Below are positions 11,481 through 24,981 of a stretch of 64,000 bases of DNA, in pieces. The notes below the pieces were generated by a model, which saw nothing but the letters and a program-made list of their open reading frames with translations, made no database searches and was not told where the DNA came from. The stretch is from Mobula hypostoma (taxonomy: Eukaryota), in NCBI RefSeq assembly GCF_963921235.1, contig NC_086097.1, positions 100,752,001 through 100,816,000 of the forward strand, in the 5' to 3' direction. Positions within the stretch are counted from its first letter, which is position 1. Each line of letters opens with the position of its first letter. The translations under genes were made by a program, and so were the position numbers.

Positions 11481-13102
11481 GAGGAGTCATTGGAAATGAA
11501 AGGAAGCTTCAGTAGGTTTATGCTCTAACTTAGTCCTTCTGCTTCTGTGGCATCAGTTCCAGAGACCAACAATGTGCTCTTAAACTAAGTCACTGAATCA
11601 TGTGATTTATCAAGCACGTTTAGTGTAACTGGTGAGGAAATCCAGGAATATACACTAAAATGGCTCAGAAAATTACACCACAACTAGCCACAATTCCTCA
11701 AATAGATAATACTGATACCATGGACCATGGGGATGTACTGTACGTGAGTTTTGTTTTCTACAGCTGCCTAGATCTTCAGCACTTTTGTCCCTCCATTCTT
11801 CTCATTCTTTTAAGCTGGTGCTAACAACTTCTTTGGCTCTTCTGGTTTTACAGAGATTTTATAGCAATGAGCCTTTGTGATCAAGCCAATGCTCTGTATG
11901 TTTCCCTTGTTTTGAGCTCTACCTCAAAATGTACGTCATTTGCTTTGACACATTCAGAGATCATAATATGCTAGCAAAGTGAATGTCATAGTCTTTTTCC
12001 CATCTTTCTGTTACAAAATTGAATTTAAGTATGTCTGTGGGAGAAAACAAAATTCTGTTATCAAGCTTTTCAAACTTACACTGAGCAAAGATTATTGGGG
12101 CAGGAGTTAGGACTGTTGACTTAATAACCACAAACTAAAGGTTAACATACATTTTCCATGTGAAGTAAACATTACCGTGTACATTTTGTCACCATTGTAG
12201 TAACGACAATTCCAGCTTTGCATGTGATAGCTAGTACAGGCAGCATTCTAAAAATCAATACTGCTTGGGAGGAGGGAATTTTCATTTGAGACCACTTTTG
12301 TTTTCATTTATGGAATGTTTTCTTTCTCACTCTGGCTTTTTAAAAATGCTCATATTTTACCAGAAATTAAGAAATTAAGTGATAAGCAAACAGGAAAGAT
12401 GTCCAATGTTCTTCAAACAGTTTTAGATTAGCAGAATTTCATACATACTTGTCCTGCAGCATCTCTTTGTATTTCAGTCTTCGTTTTATTATCCATCCTG
12501 TTATATACAATAAATGATATTCCCATTAGCTTCTTATACAATAAGCTTTCCAACACACTATTTAAAAATCTAGTTACATTATTGCTACTATTTGTCATTT
12601 ATAAAATACAACTTCATGTTCCAGTTTACAAACATGTAACTGATCATTCACAAAATTAAGATTTTCATTAGAAATTATTGAACAAGACTGAGGGATGATT
12701 CTTCGGCCCCAAGGCCATTTCACAAGTTCACATCAGATCCTTCTTCTTGCCCATTTCATGTTCCTTACTTCTCTAAGGTACCCTAAGGTCATTCAGTACC
12801 TGAATTTATAATATTATTTACAGCTTTCTGATGCAATAGATTCCAGTTCAACTACTATTTTTTACTTGGTGATCTGGTATAAATTAACAAAATTAATCTG
12901 TAGATAACGTTGCTTCTGATTGGCCAAGGCTGCTTTGTTTGGTTATGTTATTGTTTCTCCCTTCTTTCTTCCATTTTATTTCCAGTCAGAGCATTTTATA
13001 TTTTCTTAATTGCTTGTAATGTTTTAAAATCTGATTTTATGCAGTAAAGGTAGAAAAAAACTGTAAAATCGTATGGATGTGTGTAAAAATAAATGACCTT
13101 AC

Positions 13103-13142
13103 CACCTGACACATTATTTTCCACAAACAATGATAAATATAT
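13103..13142 (-). CDS. Candidate 40-nt exon of an unidentified host gene
   Basis: Acceptor ttttcatctatttttgtctgccaaacag and donor GTG|gtaagg. Lies in unique sequence. Phase-2 reading gives (K)YIYHCLWKIMCQV. Confidence 0.55.
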
Positions 13143-14067
13143 CTGTTTGGCAGACAAAAATAGATGAAAAAGATTAATTTCCCATTTTCCAAGAAGCAAT
13201 TCTATTTGTTCTGAAATTAGATAAAATGTTTTTGTATGCTCACAGATATTTACATTTGTTTTTTAAATCCACTGGTTACTGGAGAAGGTGGGGCTTAAAC
13301 TTCCTCAGGACAGGTAGAAAAAATTCAGATGTATTAAACCAGCAAACTTAGAAAGCTGACCTATGCTGTCCCTCCATTCTCACAACTCCATGATCTGCTG
13401 TGAGTATGCAGACTTCTGTTTAAACTGTGGTGAATTTGCGGAGTTCAAAAGACACCAGTATGATAGAAAAACCAACAAAGTCATAGAAACCATAGAAACT
13501 ACAGCACAGAAACAGGCCTTTTGGCCCTTCTTGGCTGTGTCGAACCATTTTCTGCCTAGTCCCACTGACCTGCACACGGACCATATCCCTCCATACACCT
13601 CCCATCCATGTATCTGTCCAATTCATTCTTAAATATTAAAAAAGGACCCGCATTTACCACCTCATCTGGCAGCTCATTCCATACTCCCACCACTCTCTGT
13701 GTGAAGAAGCCCCCCCTAAAGTTCCCTTTAAACTTTTCCCCCCTCACCCTTAACCCATGTCCTCTGGTTTTTTTCTCCCCTTGCCTCAGTGGAAAAAGCC
13801 TGCTTGCATTCACTCTATCTATACCCATCGTAATTTTACATACCTCTATCAAATCTCCCCTCATTCTTCTACGCTCCAGGGAATAAAGTCCTAACCTATT
13901 CAACCTTTCTCTGTAACTGAGTTTCTCAAGTCCCGGCAACATCCTCGTAAACCTTCTCTGCACTCTTTCAACCTTATTTATATCCTTCCTGTAATTTGGT
14001 GACCAAAACTGAACACAATACTCCAGATTCGGCCTCACCAATGCCTTATACAACTTCATCATAACAT

Positions 14068-14697
14068 ACATCAAAGTTGCTGGTGAACGCAGCAGGCCAA
14101 GCAGCATCTATAGGAAGAGGTACAGTCGACGTTTCAGGCCGAGACCCTTCGTCAGGACTAACTGAAGGAAGAGTGAGTAAGGGATTTGAAAGCTGGAGGG
14201 GGAGGGGGAGATGCAAAATGATAGGAGAAGACAGGAGGGGGAGGGATGGAGCCGAGAGCTGGACAGGTGATAGGCAGAAGGGGATATGAGAGGATCATGG
14301 GACAGGAGGTCCGGGAAGAAAGACGGGGGGGGGGGTGACCCAGAGGATGGGCAAGAGGTATATTCAGAGGGACAGAGGGAGAAAAAGGAGAGCGAGAGAA
14401 AGAATGTGTGCATTAAAAAGAGTAACAGATGGGGTACGAGGGGGAGGTGGGGCCTAGCGGAAGTTAGAGAAGTCAATGTTCATGCCATCAGGTTGGAGGC
14501 TACCCAGACGGAATATAAGGTGTTGTTCCTCCAACCTGAGTGTGGCTTCATCTTTACAGTAGAGGAGGCCGTGGATAGACATGTCAGAATGGGAATGGGA
14601 TGTGGAATTAAAATGTGTGGCCACTGGGAGATCCTGCTTTCTCTGGCGGACAGAGCGTAGATGTTCAGCAAAGCGGTCTCCCAGTCTGCGTCGGGTC
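14068..14697 (-). mobile_element. 5'-truncated Penelope-like element (GIY-YIG C-terminus plus terminal repeat)
   Basis: Encodes ..HFNSTSHSHSDMSIHGLLYCKDEATLRLEEQHLIFRLGSLQPDGMNIDFSNF. Flanked by a 12-bp TSD TCATCATAACAT (14056-14067, 14698-14709). Confidence 0.9.
14124..14159 (-). ncRNA. Minimal type-I hammerhead ribozyme motif, core intact
   Basis: Minus strand reads AGUC-CUGACGA-AGG(gucucgg)CCU-GAAA-CG-UC-GACU: stem I, conserved cores, stem II and a palindromic ACGU in place of helix III, as described for PLE hammerheads. Confidence 0.8.
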
Positions 14698-16434
14698 TCA
14701 TCATAACATTCCAGCTCTTATACTCAATACTTTGATTAATAAAGGCCAATGTACCAAAAGCTCTCTATACAACCCTATCTACTTGTGACGACACTTTTCG
14801 GGAATTTTGTATCTGTATTCCCAGATCCCTCTGTTCTATTGCACTCCTCAGTGCCTTACCATTAACCCTGTATGTTCTACCTTGGTTTGTCCTTCCAACG
14901 TGCAATACCTCACACTTGTCAGTATTAAATTCCATCTGCCATTTTTCAGCCCATTTTTCCAGCTGGTCCAAGTCCCTCTGCAGGCTCTGAAAACCTTCAT
15001 CACTGTCTACTACACCTCCAATCTTTGTATCATCAGCAAATTTGCTGATCCAATTTACCACATTATCATCCAGATCATTGATATAGATGACAAATAACAA
15101 TGGACCCAGCACTGATCCCTGTGGCACACCACTAGTCACAGGCCCTGACTCAGAGAAGCAATTCTCTACCACCACTCTCTGGCTTCTTCCATCGAGCCAA
15201 TGTCTAATCCAATTTACCACCTCTCCATGTATACCTAGCGACTGAATTTTCCTAACTAACCTCCCATGCGGGACATTGTCAAAGGCCTTACTGAAATCCA
15301 TGTAGACAATATCCACTGCCTTCCCTTCATCCACTTTCCTGGTAACCTCCTCGAAAAACTCCAATAGATTGGTCAAACATGACCTACCATGCACAAAGCC
15401 ATGTTAACTCTCCTTAATAAGTCCCTGTCTATCCAAATGCTTGTAGATTCTGTCTCTTAGTATTCCCTCCAATAACTTACCTACTACTGACGTTAAACTC
15501 ACCGGCCTATAATTTCTCGGATTACTTTTCGATCCTTTTTTAAACAACAGAACAACATGAGCCACTCTCCAATCCTCCGGCACTTCACCCATAGACAGCG
15601 ACATTTTAAATATTTCTGCCAGGGCCCCCGCAATTTCAACACTAGTCTCCTTCAAGATCCGAGGGAACACTCTGTCAGGTCCCGGGGATTTATCCACTTT
15701 AATTTTCCTCAAGGCAGCAAGCACCTCCTCCTTTTCAATCTGTACAGTTTCCATGATCTCACTACTTGCTTCCCTCAATTCCAAAGACTTCATGCCAGTT
15801 TCCTTAGTAAATACAGACGCTAAAAACCTATTTAAGATCTCCCCCATTTCCTTTGGTTCCGCACATAGCTGACCACTCTGATCTTCAAGAGGACCAATTT
15901 TATCCCTTACAATCCTTTTGCTCTTAATATACCTGTAAAAGCTCTTTGGATTATCCTTCACTTTGACTGCCAAGGCAACCTCATGTCTTCTTTTAGCCGT
16001 CCTGATTACTTTCTTAAGTATTTTCTTGCACTTCTTATACTCTTCAAGCACCTGATTTACCCCCTGTTTCCTATACATTTCATACAACTCCCTCTTCTTC
16101 TTTATCAGAGTTGCAATATCCCTTGAGAACCAAGGTTCCTTATTCCTATTCAATTTGCCTTTAATCCTGACAGGAACATACAAACTCTGCACTCTCAAAA
16201 TATCCGCTTTGAAGGCTTCCCACCTACCAATCACATCTTTGCCAGAGAACAACCTGTCCCAATACACGCTTTTTAGATCCTTTCTCATTTCTTCAAATTT
16301 GGCCTTCTTCCAGTTCAGAACCTCAACCCTAGGACTAGATCTATCTTCTTAAGAAGTTACAATTCCCAGTATTGGCAGCAACTTGCATCTCCTCAGCAAA
16401 AATCAAAGGAAGACAGGATCTGCCAGATCTAGCA

Positions 16435-16965
16435 TTTCAAAGTTCAAAGTAACTTTATCAAAATACATATACGTAACCATACACTACCCTGAGATTCATT
16501 TTCTTACAGGCATACTCAGTAAATACACAGAAACACAACAGAATCAATGAAAAATTGCACAAAAAGATGGATAAGCAACCAAAGTGCAAAAGACACAAAA
16601 CTGCAAATACAAAAGAAAAAAAACACAATAAATAATAATAAATAACTAAGTAAAAAATATTGAAAATATGAGTTGTAGAGTGCTTGAAGTTGAGTCCACA
16701 GAAGATTGTGGTATCAGTTCTGCGTTGGGGTGAGTGAAGTTATCCATGCTGGTTCAGGAGCCTGATAGTTGAGTGCTAATAACTGTTTTTGAACTGGTGT
16801 TGTGGGACCTAAGGCTCCTATACCTCATTTCTGACGGCAGCAGCAAGAAGAGAGCATGGCCTGGATAATGGGGGTCCTACATGATGGATGCTGCTTTCCT
16901 GTGACACCATTTCTTGTTTGTGCTCAGTGGTGGGGAGAACCTTACCTGTGACAGAGTGGGCTATT
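16435..16965 (-). mobile_element. Rex1/Babar-type 3' fragment
   Basis: Minus strand encodes KAASIM.DP...HALLLLPSEMRYRSLRS. Tail (TTTGAAC)n near 16435-16450. Confidence 0.65.
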
Positions 16966-17644
16966 TATTGGGGGGCATGGAGGCAGCAAAACTACTTCTT
17001 ATTGATAATATATTCCAATTTTCTCTTGCAATCTCCTGCCTTCTCACAGTAGCAAATTAGTTCACAATTATGAATATTATAAAACTACCTGCACCTTGAA
17101 TGGTCCCTGTAATAGCATATTCTTAAGAGTCATAGGAGTATTCATACAACCAGGAGTAGTCAGACTCAAACCCTGGCACCTGCTCTGCCATTCTATAAGA
17201 TCATGGCTGACCTTTCCTCTCAGTACTACTTTCCTGTCTTTTATTCCCCTCATGTCCAAAAATTTATTAGTTTCTGTCTTGAATGAACTCAGCAAATGAA
17301 TGGCCATTGTTCCCTTGCACAGAGAATTCCCTTAACCTGGCTGAAGAGGTTTTTTCTCGGCTGTCCCAAATGACCATGCCCTTAATTTGAGACAGTATTC
17401 ATTGGTTCTATACATCCCATGCGGGGGAATAACTTTGCACTTCACTTATACAGAATTCTTACTGGGCTGAACATTTTAAAGATGTCACTGCTTATTTCTT
17501 TTCACACTGCTTATTTTATTTTCATATGACAGTATGCACATCTCAGAAGTCACTCTAGTCAACACTCTTTGCTCTCCCACTTTCACCAACATATCTTTCT
17601 GACAGGGAGGCAAACCACTTCACAAAATCATAGATAATAGCTGT

Positions 17645-18150
17645 AAAAGTTCAATAAGTTCAATAGGTACACTTAATGTTTGAAATATGTCTACAATATA
17701 CATCCTGAAATTCTTTGTCTTCACAAACATCCACAAAAACAGAGTGCCTCAAAGAATGAATGACAGTTAAATATTAGAACCCCAAAGCCCGCCCCCCCCG
17801 GCTCCCCCTCCCACATACAAGCAGCAGCAAGGCAACAACCGCCCCCCCCGACCCTCACCAGCAAAAAAGCATCAGTGCCCTCCACTGAGCACTCAAATGT
17901 GCAGCAAGCACCATTAAAGACACAGACTTGCAGAACTCCAAAAAAAGACTACTCATTCACCCAGTAATTCGACATACCACAGGCTCTCCCTCTCCCTAAT
18001 AAGGGAAAAAGAGGTGTCCCCATTTCACAGCCAGAGGGGAGACATAACAAACAACTTGCTGATATACGATGTTAAAAATCTGTTGTGTTGTGTTTTCCGA
18101 GCTCTGAGCCCAGAGAATCTGCCCCAGAAAAGCACAACCCTGTGGACACA
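17645..18150 (-). mobile_element. Non-autonomous retroposon fragment with (ATTGAACTT)n tail
   Basis: AAGTTCAATAAGTTCAATA tail. Architecture resembles 5765-6465. Confidence 0.45.
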
Positions 18151-18859
18151 CAACTCATTTTGAAAGGTTCAAAATGAATATCAGTACATATGACTAATAC
18201 TCAGGCAAAGTAACTGATATGAGAAGAGAATTGCATCGTACCTCTTTTTGGAACACATAACACTTAAGTGTGAATTACAAGCGAATTTAAGACACAAATG
18301 GTTCCTCATTAATACATACGTGAAATAAACTCAGCAGGTGCTAGTTAATTAATTATGGAGCAATCAGGAGCCAGACTGGGTGTATTAAATTAATTTATGC
18401 AGCGGGGGAGATAATTTAAGTTAACTATATGCATCAGTGGTGTGGGAAAGATATCTTATAAAATAATTTGAGATGCAGTTTGAACTAGGGGCTGAGGAAC
18501 ACATCTGGGAATATTTCTAAATTAATTTTTAGTTCAGCTGAGAGTGAGGCCAAGTAATTTCTGAATTAATTTGGAATACAGCCTAGAAAGGCAGGGGACA
18601 ACTTAGAACGATTTCTTGTTCAGCCAGTATTGAGGTCTGAAGAGTACAGACTTGAGATGTGCACATAAAATAACCTTCATGCTTGTACATCATTAAAAGT
18701 ATTACAGTGAACAAGCAATAACCAACAGTTGAAGAATTAATGCATAGTTTACAAATAAATGAACATATTTGTTTAAAGCAAAAATAATCTGACAGAATAT
18801 GTGGTTCAGCCGTGGTTATCAATTTAAAGAAAGCATTAGATCAAATGAAAAGATACAAA

Positions 18860-19960
18860 ATGAGGTTTAAAAAGTGCTAGTAAGTCTGAGGATTGGGAAC
18901 ATTTCAATGTGCAGCAAAGGAGAATCAAGATGTTATTGAGGAAAGGCAGGCTAACAAGAAACAAGCAACTGCATATGTAAAAAGGAAAAGATTAGCTTAC
19001 GTTAATATGTATACCTTGTAGACTGAGAGGAGAAATGATCTTGAGGTATAAGGACATGGCAGAAATTTTTTTTCCAGCTTTAATTTTGTTAGCTTTAATT
19101 TGCAAATATTTCATCTTATTAAAATTAACAGGTGCTTTTTAAAAGAGTTATCCATCAATGAAGCAGCATTGAAACATTCTCTTAACTATCTGAGCCTGCA
19201 GAATTAAATTAGAACAAACCAATGTATAAAAATCTGCTCTAGCCTGAGGTCTGAGTTTGGCACCGCAGAGCAATCATTCATTTGTAATCCTTTTTCTTCG
19301 TGGCTCTCCTGCACATTTCCTATGCAGACTGAGCATCAGCAAGTTGGAATCGCTGTTATTATATTCTAAAGTTATCATGTATCATGCCCTCTCATTTCAG
19401 CAGAAATTTTAAATAAATATTGTACTTCTATTTTCCTGGAAGACCGAGAGAACCTATCTACCAGAAATATTGGAGGAGTCTAGGCCTCAAGTTAATGTGG
19501 AACTAAAAGAAATTAGCATTTCTACAGCAAATGGTATTAGCGAGATTAATGAGGCTGAAAGATAATAAATCTTCAAGATCCAAGAACTTGTATCTAAGGT
19601 TTCTGACAGAGTGAGCTATGGGCATGGTGGATGCACTGGCTGCCATCTCTGAGAATACGTCACCTTCTAAAACAGTTCCCACACACTGGAAGGTAGCAAA
19701 TAAAACCCCATATTTTTTTTAAAAAAGGATAGAGAGAGTAAATAAAAAAGCAAAGACCAACAAGTGAGACATTAGTAGCATGAAAAATGCCAGAATTTAT
19801 TTTTTAAGAAAGTTAGAGGATACCTGGAAATTAATAATAGGTCTGGACAGAACCTACATAGATTTACAAATCTGACAAGATTTTCTTTTTGAGATTGTGA
19901 AGAGCAAAACAGATTGGGAAGAAGTTGAGGTTATAGTATATTTGGACTTTTAGAAGCTAG
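18860..19960 (+). mobile_element. Very old CR1 fragments
   Basis: Residual LK..KS..P..LY..V, WKVAN.TP.FKKG and VYLDF.K motifs with many stops. Confidence 0.55.
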
Positions 19961-20280
19961 ATCATGGGGTTAGTTAGTTTTATAGATTTTAACGCTAAGA
20001 TCATAGATTCAGAGTTATGCAGCACAGACGCAGGCCTGGTCTACAAAGAACGATATCAGCGAATGCACACTGATCAAATAAATGCAAAACACTGCAGACA
20101 TTGGAAATCCGAACTAAAAGCAACTGAATTTTCAAAAATGCTGGAGATACTCAGCAAATGAGGTAGTGTTTGTGGAGAAAGAGTAAACATTTCCAATTGA
20201 TAATGTTTCAGCAGAACTGGGGAAAGACAGAAATGCAGAAAAAGTAAAGGAGTGTAGAAAACCTAAGGAAAAGTTTCTTA

Positions 20281-21442
20281 TAGAAGACCATATGATATAG
20301 GAGCTGAATTAGGCCATTCAGTCCATCGAGTCTGCACCGCCATTCCATCATGGCCGATCCCAGATCCCACTCAACCCCATACACCTGCCTTCTCCCCATA
20401 ACCTTGGATGCCCTGACCAATCTCAGGAAGCTATCAATTTTCGCTTTAAGTATACCCACAGTCTTGGCCTCCACCACAGTTTGCAGCAGAATAATCCACA
20501 GATTTACCACTCTCTGGCTAAAAAAGTTCCTCCTTACCTCTATTCTTAAGGGTTGTCCCTCAATTTTGAGGTTGTGCCCTCTACTTCTGGACATCCCCAC
20601 CATAGGAAACATCCACACTAGCTAGTCCTTTCAACATTTGCTAGGTTTCAATAAGATCCCCCCCCCCCCGCACCCGCATTATTCTAAATTTCAGTGAGTG
20701 CAGGCCTAAAGCTGCCAAACACTCCTCATGTGTTAACCCCTTCATTCCCAGAACCTCCTCTGGATTCTCTTTTTGAGACATGGGGTCCAAAACTGTTGAC
20801 AATACTCCAAGTGCAGCCTGACCAGTGTCTTATAAAGCCTCAGCTCCTTGTTTCTTATATTCTATTCCCCTAAAACAAATGCCAACAATGCATTTGTCTT
20901 CTTTACCACATACTCAACCTGTAAATTCACCTTCTGAGAGTCTTGCATGAGGACTCCTAAATCCCCTTGCACCTCTGATGTTTCAATTTTCTCCCCATTT
21001 AAATTATAGTCTGCACTTTCGTTCCTTTTTACCAAAATGCATTGTCATATATTTCCCAATACTCTATTCCATCTGCCACTTTTTTGCCTATTCTTCCAAC
21101 TTGTCGAGGTCCTTCTGCAATTGTATTGCTTCTTCAGCACTACCTACCTCTCCACCTATCTTTGTATTATCTGCAAACTTTTCCACAAAGCCATCAATTC
21201 CATAATCTAAACTATTGACAAACCATGTGAAAAGCAGCGGTCCCAATACTGACCCCTGAGGAACAACACTAGTCAATGGCAGCCAACTAGAAAAGGCCCC
21301 CTTTATTCCCACTCACTGCCTCCTGCCTGTCACCCATTCCTCTATCCATGCCAGTATCTTTCCTGGAATGCCATGGGATTTTATCTTGTTAAACAGCCTC
21401 ATGTGTGGCACCTTATCAAATGCCTTCTGAAAATCCAAGTAA
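20281..21442 (-). mobile_element. CR1 3' portion
   Basis: VPQGSVLGPLLF..KFADNTKIGG and RSRGHNLKI..RRNFFSQRVVNLW. Confidence 0.9.
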
Positions 21443-21487
21443 ATAGAAACATAGAAAAAAACCTACAGCACAATACAGGCCCTTCGG

Positions 21488-23498
21488 GTGAAATGAATGT
21501 AGCAAAAAACTTGAGGAAATCCTTGAGGAAAATCTGATGCACTCTGCAAGAGAACTGTGACTCAGGAGAAGATTTTTTTTCCCAGCAAGATAATGACCCC
21601 AAGCAAAAAGCCAAAGCTGCACAGGAATGGCTTAAAGACAACAAAGTTAATGTCCCGGAGTGGCCAAGTCAGAGTTCAGAATCAATCTAATTGAGAATTT
21701 GTGGTTGGATTTGAATAAGGCTGTTCACTCACAATCCCCATGCAATCTGAGAGAGTTGAGCAGCTTTGTAAAGAAGAATGGAGAAAAATGCAGTGTCCAG
21801 ATGAGCAAAGCTGATAGAGACCTATCCATACAGACTCAAGGCCGTAATTGCTGCCAAAGGTATATTTACTAAATACTGACTTGAAGGGGGTGATATTTAT
21901 GCAATCAATTAAGACCATAAGATATAGGAGCAGAAGTAGGCCATTTGGCCCATCGAGTCTGTTCCGCCATTTAATCATGAGCTGATCCAATTCTTCCAGT
22001 CATCCCCACTCCCCTGCCTTCACCCCATACCCTTTGATAACCTGGCTAATCAAGAAACTATCTCTGCCTTAAATACACCCAATGACTTGGCTTCCACAGC
22101 TGCTCATGGCAACAAATTCCACAGGTTTACCACCCTCTGACTAAAGTAATTTCTCCACATCTCAGTTCTAAATGGACGTCCTGCAATCCTGAAGTCGTGC
22201 CGTCTTGTCCTAGAATCCCCTACCAGGGGAAATAATTCTGCCATATCTAATCTGTTCAGGCCTTTTAACATTCAGAATGTTTCTGTGAGATCCCCCCTCA
22301 TTCTCCTGAACTCCAGGGAATACAGCCCAAGAGCTGCCAGACGTTCCTCATACCGTAACCCTTTCATTCCTGGAATCATTCTTATGAATCTTCTCTGAAC
22401 CCTCTCCAATGTCAGTATATCCTTCCTAAAATAAGGAGCCCAAAACTGCAAACAGTACTCCAAGTGTGATCTCATGAGTATCTTGTAGAGCTTCAACATC
22501 ATCTTATATTCTACACCTCTAGAAATGAATGCCAACATTGCATTCACCTTCTTCACAACCGACTCAACCTGGAGGTTAACCTTTAGGGTATCTTGCACAA
22601 GGACTCCCAAGTCCCTTTACATCTCTGCATTTTGAATTCTCTCCCCATCTAAATAAAAGTCTGCCTGTTTATTTCTTCCACCAAAGTGCATGACCATATA
22701 CTTAACAACATTGTATTTCATTTGCCACTTCTTTGCCAATTCCCCTAAACTATCTAAATCTCTCTGCAGGCTCTCTGTTTCCTCAACACTACCCGCTCCT
22801 CCACCTATCTTTGTATCATCGGCAAATTTAGTCACAAATCCATTAATACTGTAGTCCAAATCATTGACATACAAGTCCAAATCATTGACATACATTTTAA
22901 AAGCAGCAGTCTCAACACCGACCCCTGTGGAACTCCATTGGTAACCGGCAGCCAGCCAGAATAGGATCCCTTTATTCCCACTCTCTGTTTTCTGCCGACT
23001 AGCCAATGCTCCACCCATGCCAGTAACTTCCTTGTAATTCCATGGGTTCTTATCTTGCTAAGCAGCCTCATGTGCGACACCTTGTCAAAGGCCTTCTGAA
23101 AATCCAAGTACACCATGTCTATTACACCTCCATTGTCTACCCTGCTTGTAATTTCCTCAAATAATAGCAGTAGGTTAGTCAGGCAGGATTTTTCTTTCAG
23201 GAAACCATGCTGGCTTTGGCCTATCTTGTCATGTGCCTCCAGGTACTCCGTAATCTCATCCCTAATAATCGATTCCAGCAACTTCCCAACCACTGATGGC
23301 AGGCTAATTATTTTGTGTTTAATAATTGTAATAAATTTAGACCAATTTATTGAAGTTCGTTTTCATTTTGATATGAAAGTATTTTTTCTGTTGATCGGTG
23401 TCCAAAAAGCCGAACTAAATCCACTGTGATTCAATGTTGTAAAACAATAAAACATGAAGACAACTTCTAAAAGGAGTCAATACTTTTTACAGGCACTG
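21488..23498 (+). mobile_element. Tc1 3' half (DDE C-terminus plus right TIR), split by a CR1
   Basis: FQQDNDPK, W..QS..N.IENLW at 21580-21710. The TIR resumes at ~23307 and ends ...CAGGCACTG|TA. Same family as 60917-62335. Confidence 0.85.
21911..23306 (-). mobile_element. CR1 3' portion inserted in the Tc1 TIR
   Basis: VVGKLLESIIRD..QHGF..SCLTNL, KFADDTKIGG, LERVQRRF. AATT occurs at both junctions. Confidence 0.9.
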
Positions 23499-23501
23499 TA
23501 G

Positions 23502-24490
23502 ATGCGCTCTGGTTGGGAGGGCTTTACTCGTGATGTTCTGGGCTGTATCCACTACTTTTGTAGGCTTTTCCATTCCAGGCATCATGCAACCAGACAATAT
23601 TCTCTCCACCACATATCTGTAGAAGCTTGTCAATGTTTTAGATGACATGCCATATCGTCGCAAACTTCTAAGAAATTATAAGTGTTGCTCTGCTGTCACT
23701 GTAATGGCATTTACATGCTGGACAAAGGACACTGAACTGATAATATTGAGTAATTTAAAGTTCTTGACTCTCTCAAGATATAATTCCTCAATGAGGACTG
23801 GCTCATGGACCTCTGGTTCTGTCCTCTTGTAGTCAATAATCAGCTCGCTGGTCTTGCTGACTTTGAGTTGTTATTGTGACACCACTCAGTCAGATTTTCA
23901 ATCTTCTTCCTGTATGCTGATTTGTCACCACCTTTGATTCAGCCAATGACAGTGGTGTCATCAGCAAACTTAAATATGGCATGTGCTTAGCCTTGCAGTC
24001 ATAAGTATAAAGCGAGTAGAGCAGGAGACTAAGCACACAGCCTTGAGGTGCACCTGTACTGATGGTAACTGTGGAGGACTTATTGTTGCCAATCCGAACT
24101 GACTGGGTTCTGCAAGTGAGGAAATCGAGGATCTATTTGCACAAGGAGATATTGAGTCCTTGGTCTTGGAGCTTATTGATTTATTTTGAGGGTATGACAG
24201 TATTGAATGCCGAGCTGTAGTCCATGAAGAGCATCCTGATGAGTGTATCTTCACTGTTCAGATGTTCCAGGGTTGAGTGAAGAGCCAATGAAACTGCATC
24301 TGCTATTGATCTGATGTGACAGTAAGCAAACTGGAGTGGATCCAAGTCACTCCTCAGGAAGGAGTTGATATGTTTCATCACCATCCTCTCAAAGCACTTC
24401 ATCTCAGAGGATGTAAGTGCTACTGAATGATAGTCATTGAGGTAGGTTACCACGTTCTTCTTGGGCACTGGTATAATTGAAGCCTGCTTG
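23502..24490 (-). mobile_element. Rex1/Babar-type RT fragment
   Basis: LNDYHSVALTS.EMKCFER..LDPLQFAY..RMLFMDYSSAFNTVIPSK, then KFADDTTV. Confidence 0.85.
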
Positions 24491-24981
24491 AAGGATCCAG
24501 TGGGCTGAATAATCTGATTCCATGTTGTACGACTTTCTTCTATAGGCCAAGTATTTCTCCAGTCACAGGTTTTTCTCCTGACTTCGAATTACCTTGGTTG
24601 TTGTTTGCTGCCAAAAACTACTCTGATGTCAAGAATTCATATTTTGAAGATAAAATATAACATCTACAGTATTTCTTATTTCTCTCATGGTCTAAGAAAT
24701 GACGGTAACTTTAATAACCCAAGAATAAACAGTTATAGATTAATTTGCATCTGCTATAAAAAGTGGCACATGTATTGATTCCAGTGAATTTTTAATCTGT
24801 ATAAAAATTGAGATTAATTTGATCAGAAATTTAAAAGTAGAAGATAAAGCCCTTGTTTCTCACATAAGCTCAAATTTAAATTTTGAAGATCCGTTATTGT
24901 GGTCTCAATTTCTACACTGCAAAACAGTAGTTAAGTTGCCAACAGAATACAATGTTGTCCCATTTTTACTCTTGCACTTAC

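Larger units (their letters stand above)
13482..16347 (-). mobile_element. Young 5'-truncated CR1 LINE (ORF2 RT), interrupted by a PLE
   Basis: Long ORFs 15404-16288, 14765-15394 and 13556-14070 with KSPGPD, NYRPVSLTS, GVPQGSVLGP, KFADDTK. 3' tail (TTTCTATGG)n at ~13482. Confidence 0.95.

Noticed and set aside
12769..12799. Possible 31-nt minus-strand exon (donor GAA|gtaagg)
   Set aside because: The acceptor is AT-rich without a pyrimidine tract; support is too weak.
13556..14749. Apparent fusion ORFs of CR1 RT and PLE sequence (13556-14107, 14480-14749)
   Set aside because: Chance read-through across the insertion junctions defined by the 12-bp TSD.
22853..22894. Short tandem duplication GTCCAAATCATTGACATACA in CR1 RT
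   Set aside because: A local slippage mutation in a dead element.
24592..24665. Additional minus-strand exon (donor AAG|gtaatt)
   Set aside because: The upstream AG has no polypyrimidine tract.
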